Shown here one piece after another: positions 1 to 12,560 of a DNA stretch of 64,000 nt (its first letter is position 1; the number at the start of each line of letters is the position of its first letter). Source of the DNA: Octopus vulgaris. Its lineage: Eukaryota. The DNA lies in contig OX597821.1 of NCBI GenBank assembly GCA_951406725.2, positions 79,422,001 through 79,486,000 of the forward strand, read 5' to 3'. The notes under the pieces were generated by a model. The model ran no database searches, was not told the DNA's origin, and saw only the letters and a program-made list of their open reading frames with translations. A program made the translations under genes and the position numbers.

Positions 1-606
<606 letters not shown>

Positions 607-787
607 TTCTATGTAATCTCAAGTTTTAAAACAAACAATTTTCGTATGGTTTTTTTAGGCATTCACTAGTACAACACTAAGTACAAAACCAAATATGTGG
701 CACCTTAGGAATAACATCAACACGAACTTCAAATTTGTTGTCTCTTGACGTCTCTGGGTGAAACTTGGAGCCAGCTTGTGCAAACAT

Positions 788-818
<31 letters not shown>

Positions 819-1170
819 TAATAATAATTATTATTATTATTATTATTATAATGATGATGATGCTGATGATAAACACCTTTTTGTGTGTTTTTCTTTTGTC
901 TGATCTTTTATAAAAGGTGTGTTTATTAATAAACATGAGCTTTCCTTGCGATCACAATATAGCGGCGAAAGAATTTGACAAGATCAGTAAATATAAAGAC
1001 TTGCTAATAGAAATTGAAAAAATGTGGCATCTCAAGGCGACTACAGTACCAGTGATTATAGAATCTCGGAATGATAAAAAAAAAAGATACTGAAACCAAT
1101 TTGAAAATGATTCCAGGCTTACCATCTCTACAGGAAGTGCAAAAAAATTGTGTTAACTGGAACGAAATAA
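607..1170 (+). mobile_element. Further 5'-truncated RLE-LINE 3' fragments
   Basis: 607-790 repeats the 3' UTR of 308-508; 930-1170 is a degenerate KYKDLLIEIEKMWHLK segment. Confidence 0.65.
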
Positions 1171-1177
1171 TAAGGAG

Positions 1178-1274
1178 AAAAGAAGAAGAAGAAGAAGAAG
1201 AAGAAGAAGAAGAAGAAGAAGAAGAAGAAGAAGAAGAAGAAGAAGAAGAAGAAGAAGAAGAAGAAGAAGAAGAA
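1178..1274. repeat. (GAA)n microsatellite
   Basis: Pure GAA run. Confidence 0.95.
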
Positions 1275-1463
1275 TGGAATGGTTATATCTGGAATAATCA
1301 CAAAGTTTGATTATTCCAGATAATAGCCATTCCATTTGCTCTTATACATTGTTATATCCTTAAACATCATTTTAAAGACTTTGGACAATACCTCATTTTG
1401 GGCACTTAACTGGTGATATCCAATACGCTTTGTCCTAAAAGACATTTTATTTATTACGTATAC

Positions 1464-1513
<50 letters not shown>

Positions 1514-1704
1514 TTAGGTTGAATACTTCATAAGTATAAGCACCTGTATACTCCAGCAAGTAGCAGAGGTGAGAGGGTATATGTACCAAATGAATTCAAA
1601 AAACAGAATACAAAGGATGTCGCGGCACACGTGTTTCAAGCTTTATAAACGAATAATCGACATAAAGGATAGTTTAAAGCTCTCTTCAGATACTCTCTCC
1701 TTTC

Positions 1705-2211
1705 CTTTACTTGTTTCCGTTATTTGACTGTGGCCATGCTGGGGCACCGCCTTTAGTCCAGCAAATCGACCCCAGGTCTCTTTTGCCGAACCGCTAAGTT
1801 ACGGAGACTTAAGCACAACACCATCGGTTGTCAAGCGATATTGGGGGGGACAAACACAGACACACAAACATATGCACACGCATACATATATATACATATA
1901 TACGACGGGCTTCTTTCAGTTTCCGTCTACCAAATCCACTCACAAAGCTTTGGTCGGTCCGAGGCTATAGTAGAAGATACTTGCTCAAAGTGCCACGCCG
2001 TGGGACTGAACCCGAGACCATGTGGTTTGTAAGCAAGCTACTTACCACACAGCCACTCCTATGCCTATATATACATATATACGATGGGCTTCTTTCAATT
2101 TCCGTCTACCAAATCCACTCACAAGGCTTTGGTCGGTCCGAGGCTATAGTAGAAGACACTCGCCCAAAGTGCCACGCAGTGGGACTGAACCCGAGACCAT
2201 GTGGTTTGTAA
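1705..2211 (-). mobile_element. tRNA-derived SINE family A (CORE-like), head duplicated
   Basis: Box A/B-like head, GGCACCTTGGGCAAG CORE-like motif, internal (TA)/(TG) tract; about 15 copies in window. Confidence 0.8.
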
Positions 2212-2346
2212 GCTAGGGACAGGGCAGGGTGGTGGGGTGTTACTGTTGCATTTAGCCCCAGGCGAACATCGACGTCACCAGAAAGGCTCGACACTGTCAC
2301 GGTGCCCTTAACCTGCAAAGGGAGGTAATTCCCCGATGAAGCGGAA

Positions 2347-2398
2347 ACCACACACGGACCATGGTTTCAAGGTGTATTGCCTATCATCGGCGTGTGGT
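2347..2398 (-). ncRNA. Type I hammerhead ribozyme (U4C variant); copies at 2707-2758, 3066-3117, 3426-3477
   Basis: ACCACACG-CCGAUGA-UAGG CAAUACA CCUU-GAAA-CCAUGG-UC^CGUGUGUGGU; palindromic stem III ACCAUGGU. Confidence 0.75.
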
Positions 2399-3590
2399 AG
2401 GCCTCCGCTTCCTCGACGAATTCTCACTCTGCAGGATTTTCTTATATAGATTTTCAAGCAAAATACATTTGCTGATTTCGAAAATCTGTTCGAAAGCAAT
2501 AATAATTCTCTAAAAGGGATATAGACAGTAACTGCTCGATAACATAAGGGACTAAAGCCATCTGAATATGGCTAGGGACAGGGCAGGATGGTGGGGGTGT
2601 TACTGTTGCATTTAGCCCCAGGCGAACATCGACGTCACCAGAAAGGCTCGACACCGTCACGGTGCCCTTAACCTGCAAAGGGAGGTAATTCCCCGATGAA
2701 GCGGAAACCACACACGGACCATGGTTTCAAGGTGTATTGCCTATCATCGGCGTGTGGTAGGCCTCCGCTTCCTCGACGAATTCTCACTCTGCAGGATTTT
2801 CTTATATAGATTTTCAAGCAAAATACATTTGCTGATTTCGAAAATCTGTTCGAAAGCAATAATAATTCTCTAAAAGGGATATAGACAGTAACTGCTCGAT
2901 AACATAAGGGACTAAAGCCATCTGAATATGGCTAGGGACAGGGCAGGGTGGTGGGGGTGTTACTGTTGCATTTAGCCCCAGGCGAACATCGACGTCACCA
3001 GAAAGGCTCGACACCGTCACGGTGCCCTTAACCTGCAAAGGAGGTAATTCCCCGATGAAGCGGAAACCACACACGGACCATGGTTTCAAGGTGTATTGCC
3101 TATCATCGGCGTGTGGTAGGCCTCCGCTTCCTCGACGAATTCTCACTCTGCAGGATTTTCTTATATAGATTTTCAAGCAAAATACATTTGCTGATTTCGA
3201 AAATCTGTTCGAAAGCAATAATAATTCTCTAAAAGGGATATAGACAGTAACTGCTCGATAACATAAGGGACTAAAGCCATCTGAATATGGCTAGGGACAG
3301 GGCAGGGTGGTGGGGGTGTTACTGTTGCATTTAGCCCCAGGCGAACATCGACGTCACCAGAAAGGCTCGACACCGTCACGGTGCCCTTAACCTGCAAAGG
3401 GAGGTAATTCCCCGATGAAGCGGAAACCACACACGGACCATGGTTTCAAGGTGTATTGCCTATCATCGGCGTGTGGTAGGCCTCCGCTTCCTCGACGAAT
3501 TCTCACTCTGCAGGATTTTCTTATATAGATTTTCAAGCAAAATACATTTGCTGATTTCGAAAATCTGTTCGAAAGCAATAATAATTCTCT

Positions 3591-3642
3591 ACCACACGCC
3601 GATGATAGGCAATACACCTTGAAACCATGGTCCGTGTGTGGT
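3591..3642 (+). ncRNA. Type I hammerhead ribozyme, inverted copy; predicted cut 3632/3633
   Basis: Same motif on + strand. Confidence 0.75.
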
Positions 3643-4124
3643 TTCCGCTTCATCGGGGAATTACCTCCCTTTGCAGGTTAAGGGCACCGTGACGGTGTCG
3701 AGCCTTTCTGGTGACGTCGATGTTCGCCTGGGGCTAAATGCAACAGTAACACCCCCACCACCCTGCCCTGTCCCTAGCCATATTCAGATGGCTTTAGTCC
3801 CTTATGTTATCGAGCAGTTACTGTCTATATCCCTTTTAGAGAATTATTATTGCCTATATATATATATATATATATATATCTTAACATACTGAGTCACTTG
3901 CCTAGCCCTAATACCCCTTGTAAGTGAACTTGCCAGAACAGGATAAGGGCATAAAATTGATAAGAAATCCACTCGCATGGCTTTGGTCGGCCCGAGACTA
4001 TAATAGAAGACACTTGCCCAAAGTGCCATACAGTGGGACTGAACCCAGAACGATGTGGTTGGTAAGCAAGCTACTTACCACACAGCCACTCCAGCGCCTA
4101 TATGTTGATACATCTAACGACTAT

Positions 4125-5118
4125 ATGATAAAACTCTCTGAAAACCACGAGGACGTAAGAAGCATCATTCTGTTATGAAAATATACCAGTGAATTCATGT
4201 ATAATACCCGACTTGAACAACATGTTGTTGCAAGGAGGAGGAAAACAATGAAAATCAAAAAGCTTTTGAACAATTCATTGATAGGTGGCAACAAAAAAAC
4301 TCTGCATGGCAAATATGTGTGCCATATCAAAGAAACTGATGTATATCAGAAGCTTATCCCTCAGTGGCAACGGAGCTCAGAGTTAAAGGCAGAGAGCGAA
4401 GGATCTTAACTGTTCACGATCAGAGCTTATTGACCCGGAACTACCAAGCCAATGTGATAAAAAAAACGGAGTATGCCCATAGGTCTGATATTATGACTAT
4501 GAGAGTGAAACAGTGAACCACTTAATCTCTGGGTGTACAGATTTAGCACTTGGAGAATATAAATCAAGACATGGCAGAATTTACCAATATCTACACTGGT
4601 TAATATATCACCATTATAAAATCAAAACCGCTGAGAAATGACACAGGCATGAGGTTGTAAGTGAGGGAGAAAAACGTAACGATTCTTTGGGGCTTTCCAG
4701 TATGTAAAGAACGGACCATGAAAGCTAATAAACCAGTATCGTTGTGAAAAACTAGAACAATGTTTTTTGGTTGATATGAGCAAACCTTATGATCCTAATA
4801 TCACAGGAAATGAATTTGCCAAACTCAGAAAATTTGCTGATTGAAATGGAAAACTGGCTTCTCAAGACGGTTACAATCCCGATGATTGTAGAAGCACTTG
4901 TAATGATAAAAAAAGTTTTACAGAAAATTATTTGAGGATAATCTCTGGTTCACCACCAATGCAGGAATTGCAACAGATTGTCCTAACTGCTATGTCACAG
5001 GTGTTGTCTTTCCCATACAGTTTTAAGTTATCCGTATAAAATAGAAGGATTATTTTCTTGTCATTTTTATGCCCTTATACTGTTCTGTCAAGTTCACTTA
5101 TAATGGGTATTAGGGCTC
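4125..5118 (+). mobile_element. Degenerate RLE-LINE 3' fragment
   Basis: LHGKY...WQRSSELKAESEG, ETVNHLISGC and ANKP remnants with stops and frameshifts. Confidence 0.65.
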
Positions 5119-5119
5119 G

Positions 5120-5577
5120 AAAGAGTCCAGAAGCTGGCTAGCCGCGTGGTTCTTGGTCTCAAGCCTTTGTCTTATGAAGAAAGGCTGAAGACCCTCGGCC
5201 TTTATTCTCTAGAAAACTGACAACGCCGTGGTGATCTCATTATTGCTCACAACATCATAAGCGGAAAGTGTAACCTCTCGAAAGAGCTGTTCTTCACTCC
5301 TGCTCCAGAGCGTCGGCTGCGGGGTCACTCCGAAAAGTTCTATCTGCGACGATTTCATCTCAATTGAAGGAGAGGGGCTTTCTCCGTCCGGGTTGCGGAT
5401 CCGTGGAATAAGCTGCCGGACGAGATAGTGAAGATGCCGACGACCGCTCGGTTCAAAGTCTCTCTTGACCTGAAATGGCCTGAACTCTTTGCATGAACAC
5501 CACCCTGTACATAACTCCATGTTCCCCTACATGGCCTTGCTATTTGCTTTTTGAGCCAAAAAATTAACTTAACTTAA
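5120..5577 (+). mobile_element. CR1-like LINE 3' end
   Basis: ERVQKLA...LSYEERLK...RGDLI..RLRGH remnants; TTAAC-type tail; same family as 48796-50359. Confidence 0.8.
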
Positions 5578-5597
5578 TATGATAAGATATATATATA

Positions 5598-6232
5598 CTA
5601 GTAGTATTGCCCGGCTCGTGCGCTCGTGCGTTCTATGCATGCGCGAATTAAGCTAAACTTGGATCAAGTTCAATTATTTTGGTTTTAAAATCAAGCATTT
5701 AATGCCCACTATTTTTGCGCTTATGTGTTCCATTTCCTCAATAGGAAGTACGTAGAATCGTTTCATAAATTTTTGTTGATCAAATAATTGCATTGATGAA
5801 TTATTCTTTTAGATCAGTATTTCTCGTATTCTCCATGGTTTCTCGTTGCCTGTTTCCCTTTCACTAAACATTTTTATATCTTACTTTCCCCTATCCCCTC
5901 ACACCACTCTCATTCCCCTCGCTATCTTATGCCATTCTATCACTCAGCCATTACTTCTTCCAAGGGAGGCTACTCCCTAACTTTGATAGTTTTTCTAGAG
6001 TTACTTCCTTCAATGCTCAAACTTTAATCTATAATCTATAAGGCCTAAACAAACACATTATCGATTTTTGCACTTGCGAGATGAATTTCGGAACAGAAAT
6101 AGCGCAGTTCCATTTTCATTCGCCTAAACTTTAAGTGACCCATTTTTGGTGGTTCTACCATTTGTTGGCTAGGAGGAGATGTGCCGGGAAGTTAAACACA
6201 CAGACACACAAGTTGAGTTTTATATATATAGA
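5598..6232 (-). mobile_element. Non-autonomous Helitron-like element
   Basis: Minus strand A|TCTATATATATAAAA...CGGGCAATACTACTAG|T: TC...CTAG termini between A and T, no TSD, degenerate GC-rich subterminal segment. Confidence 0.55.
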
Positions 6233-6792
6233 TATGTGTGTGTGTGAGTATATATATATATATGTTTGTATTTAAGTATGTATATATATACATTATGTCA
6301 GGTCATTTTCGAGTGCTACAGGTAACATGTAACCTAGTACAACTTGTTGCATGGTCGGGTTTATTGGACACCCTGCGGGATGAAAACAACACCCGTCAAA
6401 GGGCGGAGGAACTCTTGAGAGTCAACGGCCATCCAATAAAATTCTTAAGGTTGTATCATGCGCGGGGACATAGAAATAATCGGACTGAATACCCCATCGC
6501 GCGGTTAAACCATTGGAAGTGAAGGACTCCTAGCCTTTGTTAGGGCTACCTTCTAGGGGAAGGTAACTCAGGTAACTGGGATAACTCTGACATAAAACCT
6601 GCGGCTCAGTGGTTTCCGATGATATTGACTGGTTCTTTTTGGATTATGGCTGCTGTTGCTTAGTGAGTTGGATTGACTCAGTGCACAGCCTTTCCTCACT
6701 TAAAAAAAAAATCTTCTTGCACAGGCATTGGACGATAACAACATTGATTAAGCTTCGTGCAATGGCCATACTAGATAACGAGGGGGCAGCCA

Positions 6793-6854
<62 letters not shown>

Positions 6855-6954
6855 ACAATATAATAAATAATATACATGCATATATACATACATATATGTA
6901 CATACTTACATCTACATGTATATATACAAGCATATATATATATATATATATATA

Positions 6955-7132
6955 AGTACAGGACACCACAAATAAACGTAGAACACAACGGGAAACGAAA
7001 ACATAAAATCAAACATAGAAACGGACTTTTTTAACAACGAAAAAAACAGACTACAAGACAAACTATACAAGGAAAATTCCCCTTCATCAGCTGCCCTTGG
7101 TTCGACTCAATGCGTGTTCCGAAGGTAAGGGC
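6955..7132 (-). repeat. (TA)n-flanked repeat family E (also 41279-41563, 42240-42790, 43680-44940, 46330-46960)
   Basis: Shared ACAGGACACCACAAA...CAAGGAAAATTCCCCTTC.TCAG block. Confidence 0.75.
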
Positions 7133-7314
7133 ATATATATATACATATATATATATATACAGTTAATGGGAAGGCCAATGTCGCAGTGAATTTTCTTTCC
7201 TTTTTTCCCCTTCATATTCTTTGTTTATTTTTCTCTCATTTATTACTTTTATATATTTTTTGTTCTTTCCGTTTTCGTTAAGGCATTCTTCCCCTTAGTT
7301 TCCTATCACTTGTC

Positions 7315-7741
7315 GGATCTTTTCGGTTTGAACGTCAGTTTTTTCTCGCGGTGTCATGAAATTGTCACCCATAATTATGACCCTAGAATCGATCTATTGC
7401 ATTTCAGTCTCTTTTAGGGTTAGGGTTAGTTAGGGTTAGGGTTAGGGGTGGGGGAAGGGCATCTTTTTTTCGTCACAAATGTAAATAAACCCAATCTATT
7501 TCTTAAACGAGGGACATATCCAAACGGCACATAATCTTTTTTAACTCAATGGACGTCATCGATTGGTTGAAATTGCAGAAATTGAAGAAAAAAAACAAAT
7601 ATCTTACAAACCATAGAATTTTCTCAATAAAGCCAAGAGAAAAAGATGTTTTATAAACACATTCTACCAGTATACGAAGTTTAAAATTTTTTAGTTACCT
7701 AGAAATTATGTTAAAAACTGCCGTTCAAACCGAAAAGATCC
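7315..7741. mobile_element. MITE with ~29-bp TIRs, 8-bp TSD and internal TTAGGG repeats
   Basis: TIR GGATCTTTTCGGTTTGAACG(T/G)CAGTTTTT; TSD CACTTGTC at 7307-7314 and 7742-7749. Confidence 0.9.
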
Positions 7742-7922
7742 CACTTGTCTTTCAGAATTGAATATTCTTGTGTTTATTTCAATGGCTAAACACTGTATAC
7801 ACTGAGTTACTTTAATCTCGGTATTGGGAACACACTCGACAAGAAATGAAAACAGAATTGAAAGAAAACAATGATAATGATAATAATGATAATACATGCA
7901 ATAACTTTATTTTACTTTCCAG

Positions 7923-8039
7923 ATATAAACGAGTGTAAAGGCAGGAATCCATGTAGATACGGTAGATGCCAGAACACGCCAGGATCCTACAAATGTCACT
8001 GTAAAAAGGGGTATTATTTCAACGGGAGAACATGTATTC
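7923..8039 (+). CDS. cbEGF repeat exon 1 in window, multi-EGF protein
   Basis: tttccAG|...|GTAAGT; phase 1-1; DINECKGRNPCRYGRCQNTPGSYKCHCKKGYYFNGRTCI. Confidence 0.92.
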
Positions 8040-8108
8040 GTAAGTAAAATTAAAATAACATTAACAACAATAAATATACAATTACACAAGTAATTAACTG
8101 TAAACTAT

Positions 8109-8118
8109 CGTAATAGTA

Positions 8119-8179
<61 letters not shown>

Positions 8180-9050
8180 TAATAATAATGATGATAATAA
8201 TAATGATGATAATGATAATGGTAATGATAATGATAATAATAATAGTAATAATAATAATGATAATAATAATAAGAAGAAGAAGAATAACAACATTTGGTTG
8301 TGATGCATGTGCCTGGTGTACCCTTATCAGATGGGTAGTCATGATGGGTATACTGGGCTTCGTATATTTTACCCCAGTGTCACTTTGATGGCATGCACTG
8401 CTCTCTCACCCAATCATAATAATAATAATAATGATAATAATAATGATGATGTGGATGATGATGATACTTGCCCTGATGCAGTACCAGGCAGTGACTGTCA
8501 TGGCTTCTGATCTTAACTGATTGGAAGTATTCTCAAGTACAGTGTTTTGTCTTGGTGCAAAAGACAAGCTACATCAAATATTCTGCGCAATACCGCAAAT
8601 TTGTTAATTGTTAAGGACGACGATGATGATGATGATGATGGTGATGATGGTGATGATGATGGTGATGATGATGATGATGGTGATGATAATGATGGTGATG
8701 ATTATGAGGATTATGATGGTGACGGTGATGATGATGGTGATGGTGATGATGATGGTGATGATGATGATGATGGTGATGATGATGGTGGTGATGATGATGA
8801 TGGTGATGATGATGATGATGGTGATGATCATGGTGATGATGGTGATGATGATGGTGATGATAGTGATGATCATGATGGTGATGATAATGGTGATGATAAT
8901 GATGGTGGTGATGATGATGGTGGTGATGATGGTGATGATGATGATTATGATGATGATGGTGATGGTGATGATGATGATGGTGATGATATGTGATGATGAT
9001 GATGATGATGGTGATGGTGATGATGATAATGATGATGATGATGATGATGA
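8109..9050. repeat. (AAT)n and compound (GAT/GGT)n microsatellites with repeat fragments
   Basis: Trinucleotide runs; 8295-8412 and 8470-8605 match 9682-10237. Confidence 0.85.
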
Positions 9051-9101
9051 CGGCGGTATATGATTTGTATATACGTGCAATAAATTTGCTTTACATTTCA
9101 G

Positions 9102-9221
9102 GGGGAACAAACGCGTGTAAACGGAAACCGTGTGGTAGACACGGTAGATGCCGCAACGTGGGAAAATCATACAGATGCTATTGTAACCGTGGGTACCGTT
9201 TCAACAGGAAAACGTGTGTTG
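9102..9221 (+). CDS. EGF repeat exon 2 (lacks N-terminal Ca-binding D/E residues)
   Basis: tttcAG|...|GTAAGT; RGTNACKRKPCGRHGRCRNVGKSYRCYCNRGYRFNRKTCV. Confidence 0.92.
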
Positions 9222-9270
9222 GTAAGTAAAAGAGAAAAGACAACAACAATATATACACATAATAATAGTA

Positions 9271-9325
<55 letters not shown>

Positions 9326-9551
9326 GCAATAATGATAATAATAATCATAATAATAATAAGAAGAAGAAGAATAACAATAATAATAATAGTAATAATGATA
9401 ATAATAATAATAATAATAATAGCAATAATAATAATAGTAATAATAATAATAATAACAATAATAATAATAATAGAATTAGTAGTAGTAGTAGTAGTAGTAG
9501 TAATGGTAGTAGTAATAGTAGTAGTAGTAAGAATAACAATAATAAAAACAA

Positions 9552-9628
<77 letters not shown>

Positions 9629-9633
9629 ATAAC

Positions 9634-9681
<48 letters not shown>

Positions 9682-9682
<1 letters not shown>

Positions 9683-10236
9683 CCCTGATACCATGCTGTA
9701 TATGCCCCGCTCTCATGACTTCTGATCTTAACTGATTGGAAGTGTTATCATGTACATTGCTTTGTATTGGTATAAAAGGTGGGCTACAGCAAATATTCTG
9801 CTCAATACCACAGATTTGCTTGTCAGTTGTTTGACCTTAAGCAGTTGAGCATGTCCCCTGGTGGCTGACGATATGTGCATCTCTGATCACAAGCAGAAGT
9901 AGTGGGGGAGCATCATAGCCGTGTGTTGAAAAGAATCCTTGGAGGTTTGGATAATTCACCTTTGGAAACATGTGTGTTTCGTTCAACATCCTTAAACAAT
10001 CCTAATTCAGGGATCATTTGAGCGGGATGAGCTACTCGACCACAAGAAAATTCCAATTGGGCCCAGCCTGCAAGGTCATGTGCTGTTTATCTTGTTATCA
10101 GATCACCATGTCGCACACATATGTTTGCGATGCATGTGCCTAGTGTACCCTTATCAGACGGGTAATCATGATGGTTATACTGGTTTCGTATATTTTACCC
10201 CATGTTACTTTGATGGCATGCACTACTCTCTTCCAC

Positions 10237-10237
<1 letters not shown>
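9682..10237. mobile_element. (AAT)n-flanked interspersed repeat, possibly part of a Dong-like element
   Basis: Bounded by (AAT)n on both sides; partial copies at 8295-8605. Confidence 0.5.
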
Positions 10238-10289
<52 letters not shown>

Positions 10290-10356
10290 TGATGGTAATA
10301 ATAAAACAACAAAAATATTAATAATGATCATGATTATAATTAGTAGTAGTAGTTGC

Positions 10357-10406
<50 letters not shown>

Positions 10407-10638
10407 GAGTAGTAGTATTAGTAGTATACAACAGTCTTATTTTTATCACGTGCTTTCACTGCACTACCGTGCGCAGCTGTGTGTCCTTTGGGAATCTGCT
10501 TTGGTTTGTTGTGGTGCTCTTATATTTTCTGTATTGAAAGTGTGCCGTGCATAATAGTGCTAGTCTCTTTATGATATATATACTAGTTTATTATTACTAT
10601 TGTTGTTGTTGTTGATGATGTTGCTGTTGTTGCTATAG

Positions 10639-10684
<46 letters not shown>

Positions 10685-11189
10685 GGTGGGGATTTGGCAG
10701 AATCGTCAGCTCGCCGGTCGAGATGCTTAGCGGCATTTCGTCTGTCGCTACTTTCTCGGTTCAAGATGCACCGAGGTCGACTTTGCCTTCCATCCCTTCA
10801 GGCTCGATAAATTAAGTACAGTTGAACCCTGGGCTCGATCCCCTCGCTCCAAATTGCCTCCATTGTGGCAAAATTTGAAATCATTATGATAGTCGAAAGG
10901 AAAAACATACAGGTGGACTAAGATATGTAAGGGATAAAAAGATATCTATGAAGGTATTTAACAAGTTAAATAAATATAAGAACCTGGAAATTGGGATACT
11001 AAAGATGTGGTATCTTAAAGCAAGAAGTGTCCCTGTTATTAGAGATGCCTTATAAAAAAGGCCAATTATCGACCTCGGTGGAATTTGAACTCAGAACGGA
11101 ATGATGGACGAAATACCACATTTCTGCCAGTGTGCTAACGATTCTGCTAAGGTGCTGCCTTAACAACAATAAAAATATTTTTTACTATA

Positions 11190-11732
11190 GACACTAGGAC
11201 CGAAATTTTGGGGGTAGAGCAGTCGATTAGATCAACCCCAGTGTTTCACTGGTACTTAAATTTGTCGACCCCGAAAGGATGAAAAGCAAAGTTGACCTCA
11301 GCGGAATTTAAACTCAGAGCGTAACGGCAGACGAAATACCTATTTCTTTACTACCCACCAGGTGCTAAACACCAAGAAGACAAACAAGGACAGACAAACG
11401 GATTAAGACGATTATATCGACCCCAGTGTGTAACTGGTACTTAATTTATCGACCCCGAAAGGATGAAAGGCAAAGTCGACCTCGGCGGTATTTGAACTCA
11501 GAACATAGCGGCAGACGAAATACCTATATCTTTATTACTCACAAGGGGCTAAACACAGAGGTATTAAGTCGATTATATCGACCCCAGTGCGTAACTGGTA
11601 CTTAACTTATCGACCCCGAAAGGATGAAAGGCAGAGTCGACCTCGGCGGAATAAGAACTCAGAACTTAACGGCAGACGAAATACCGCTAAGCATTACGCC
11701 CGGCGTGCTAACGATTCTGCCAGCTCGTCGCC
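11190..11732 (-). mobile_element. tRNA-derived SINE family B, partial tandem array (~184-bp period)
   Basis: Head GGCGAGCTGGCAGAA...GAGTTCAAATTCCG, body GGTCGACTTTGCCTTTCATCCTTTCGGGGTCGATAAA; also 10684-10880, 12985-13790, 15160-15573, 16684-17284, 53200-53315. Confidence 0.8.
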
Positions 11733-11824
11733 TTTACAATAACAGTAATATTCATAATAAAAAGGATAACACAAATGATAATAGTTACTGCAATGAATAC
11801 TACAATGCTTGTATTTCTTTTCAG

Positions 11825-11944
11825 ATATCAACGAATGTGCAAGGAAGGCTTGTGGTTGTTATGCAAAATGTTACAACACGCCAGGTTCCTACCGCTGTAG
11901 GTGTTATCGTCCCGGCTATCGAATGTACAAAGGGAAATGCGTTG
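11825..11944 (+). CDS. cbEGF repeat exon 3 (7 Cys)
   Basis: ttttcAG|...|GTAAGT; [40 protein letters not shown]. Confidence 0.92.
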
Positions 11945-11986
11945 GTAAGTAGAATACAATAACAACAAGCACAAATTCAAATTTAA

Positions 11987-12050
11987 GGTCTGCCGGTTAG
12001 GATTCCTGGCTATCATCCAGGCGGCCTGGGTTCGATTCCCGGCATGGGAA
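11987..12050 (+). pseudogene. 5'-truncated tRNA-Glu-like pseudogene
   Basis: GGTTAGGATTCCTGG...CCAGGCGGCCTGGGTTCGATTCCCGGCATGGGAA resembles metazoan tRNA-Glu; acceptor 5' strand missing, anticodon loop altered (CTATCAT). Confidence 0.7.
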
Positions 12051-12060
12051 TGCTTAGTTT

Positions 12061-12261
12061 ATAGGCGTAAGAGTAGCTGTGTGGTAAGTAGCTATAGGTG
12101 CAGGAGTGGCTATGAGGTAAGTAGCTTGTTTACCAACCACATGGTTCCGGGTTCAGTCCCACTGCGTGGCACCTTGGGCAAGTGTCTTCTACTATAGCCT
12201 CGGGGTGACCAAAGCCTTGTGAGTGAATTTGGTAGACGGAAACTGAAAGAAGCTCGTCGTA

Positions 12262-12340
<79 letters not shown>

Positions 12341-12560
12341 TTGTGTGTGTGTATGTTTGTGTCTGTGTTTGTCCCTCCCCCGCAACATCGCTTGACTACC
12401 GATGCTGGTGTGTTTACGTCACCGTAACTTAGCGGTTCGACAAAAGAGACCGATAGAATAAATACTAGGCTTACAAAGAATACGTTCTGGGGGCGATTTG
12501 TTCGACTAAAGGCGGTGCTCCAGCATGGCCGCAGTCACATGACTGAAACAAGTAAAAAAA
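12061..12560 (+). mobile_element. SINE family A, full length
   Basis: Head to GACTGAAACAAGTAAAA tail; other copies at 15590-16005, 20352-20757, 21409-21790, 24828-25243, 26593-26852, 34187-34675, 45924-46298, 51386-51795, 52328-52725, 53925-54538, 60961-61370. Confidence 0.85.

Larger units (their letters stand above)
2212..3853 (-). mobile_element. ~360-bp tandem array (3.8 units) plus 265-bp inverted copy, one HHR per unit; non-LTR retrozyme-like
   Basis: Units start at 2212, 2571, 2931, 3290 and are nearly identical; 3589-3853 is the reverse complement of part of the unit. Confidence 0.85.

Noticed and set aside
2106-3892. Repeated short ORFs in the 360-bp array
   Set aside because: Non-ATG starts, broken by 1-bp indels between units and not kept in the 22-kb relative; conservation is at the RNA level
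6295-6795. Possible RTE 5' UTR with an HDV-like ribozyme
   Set aside because: Could not build the nested double pseudoknot by eye
8547-9063. Asp/Gly-rich or poly-Met ORFs as biomineral proteins
   Set aside because: (GAT/GGT)n microsatellite within an intron; no convincing splice sites or start
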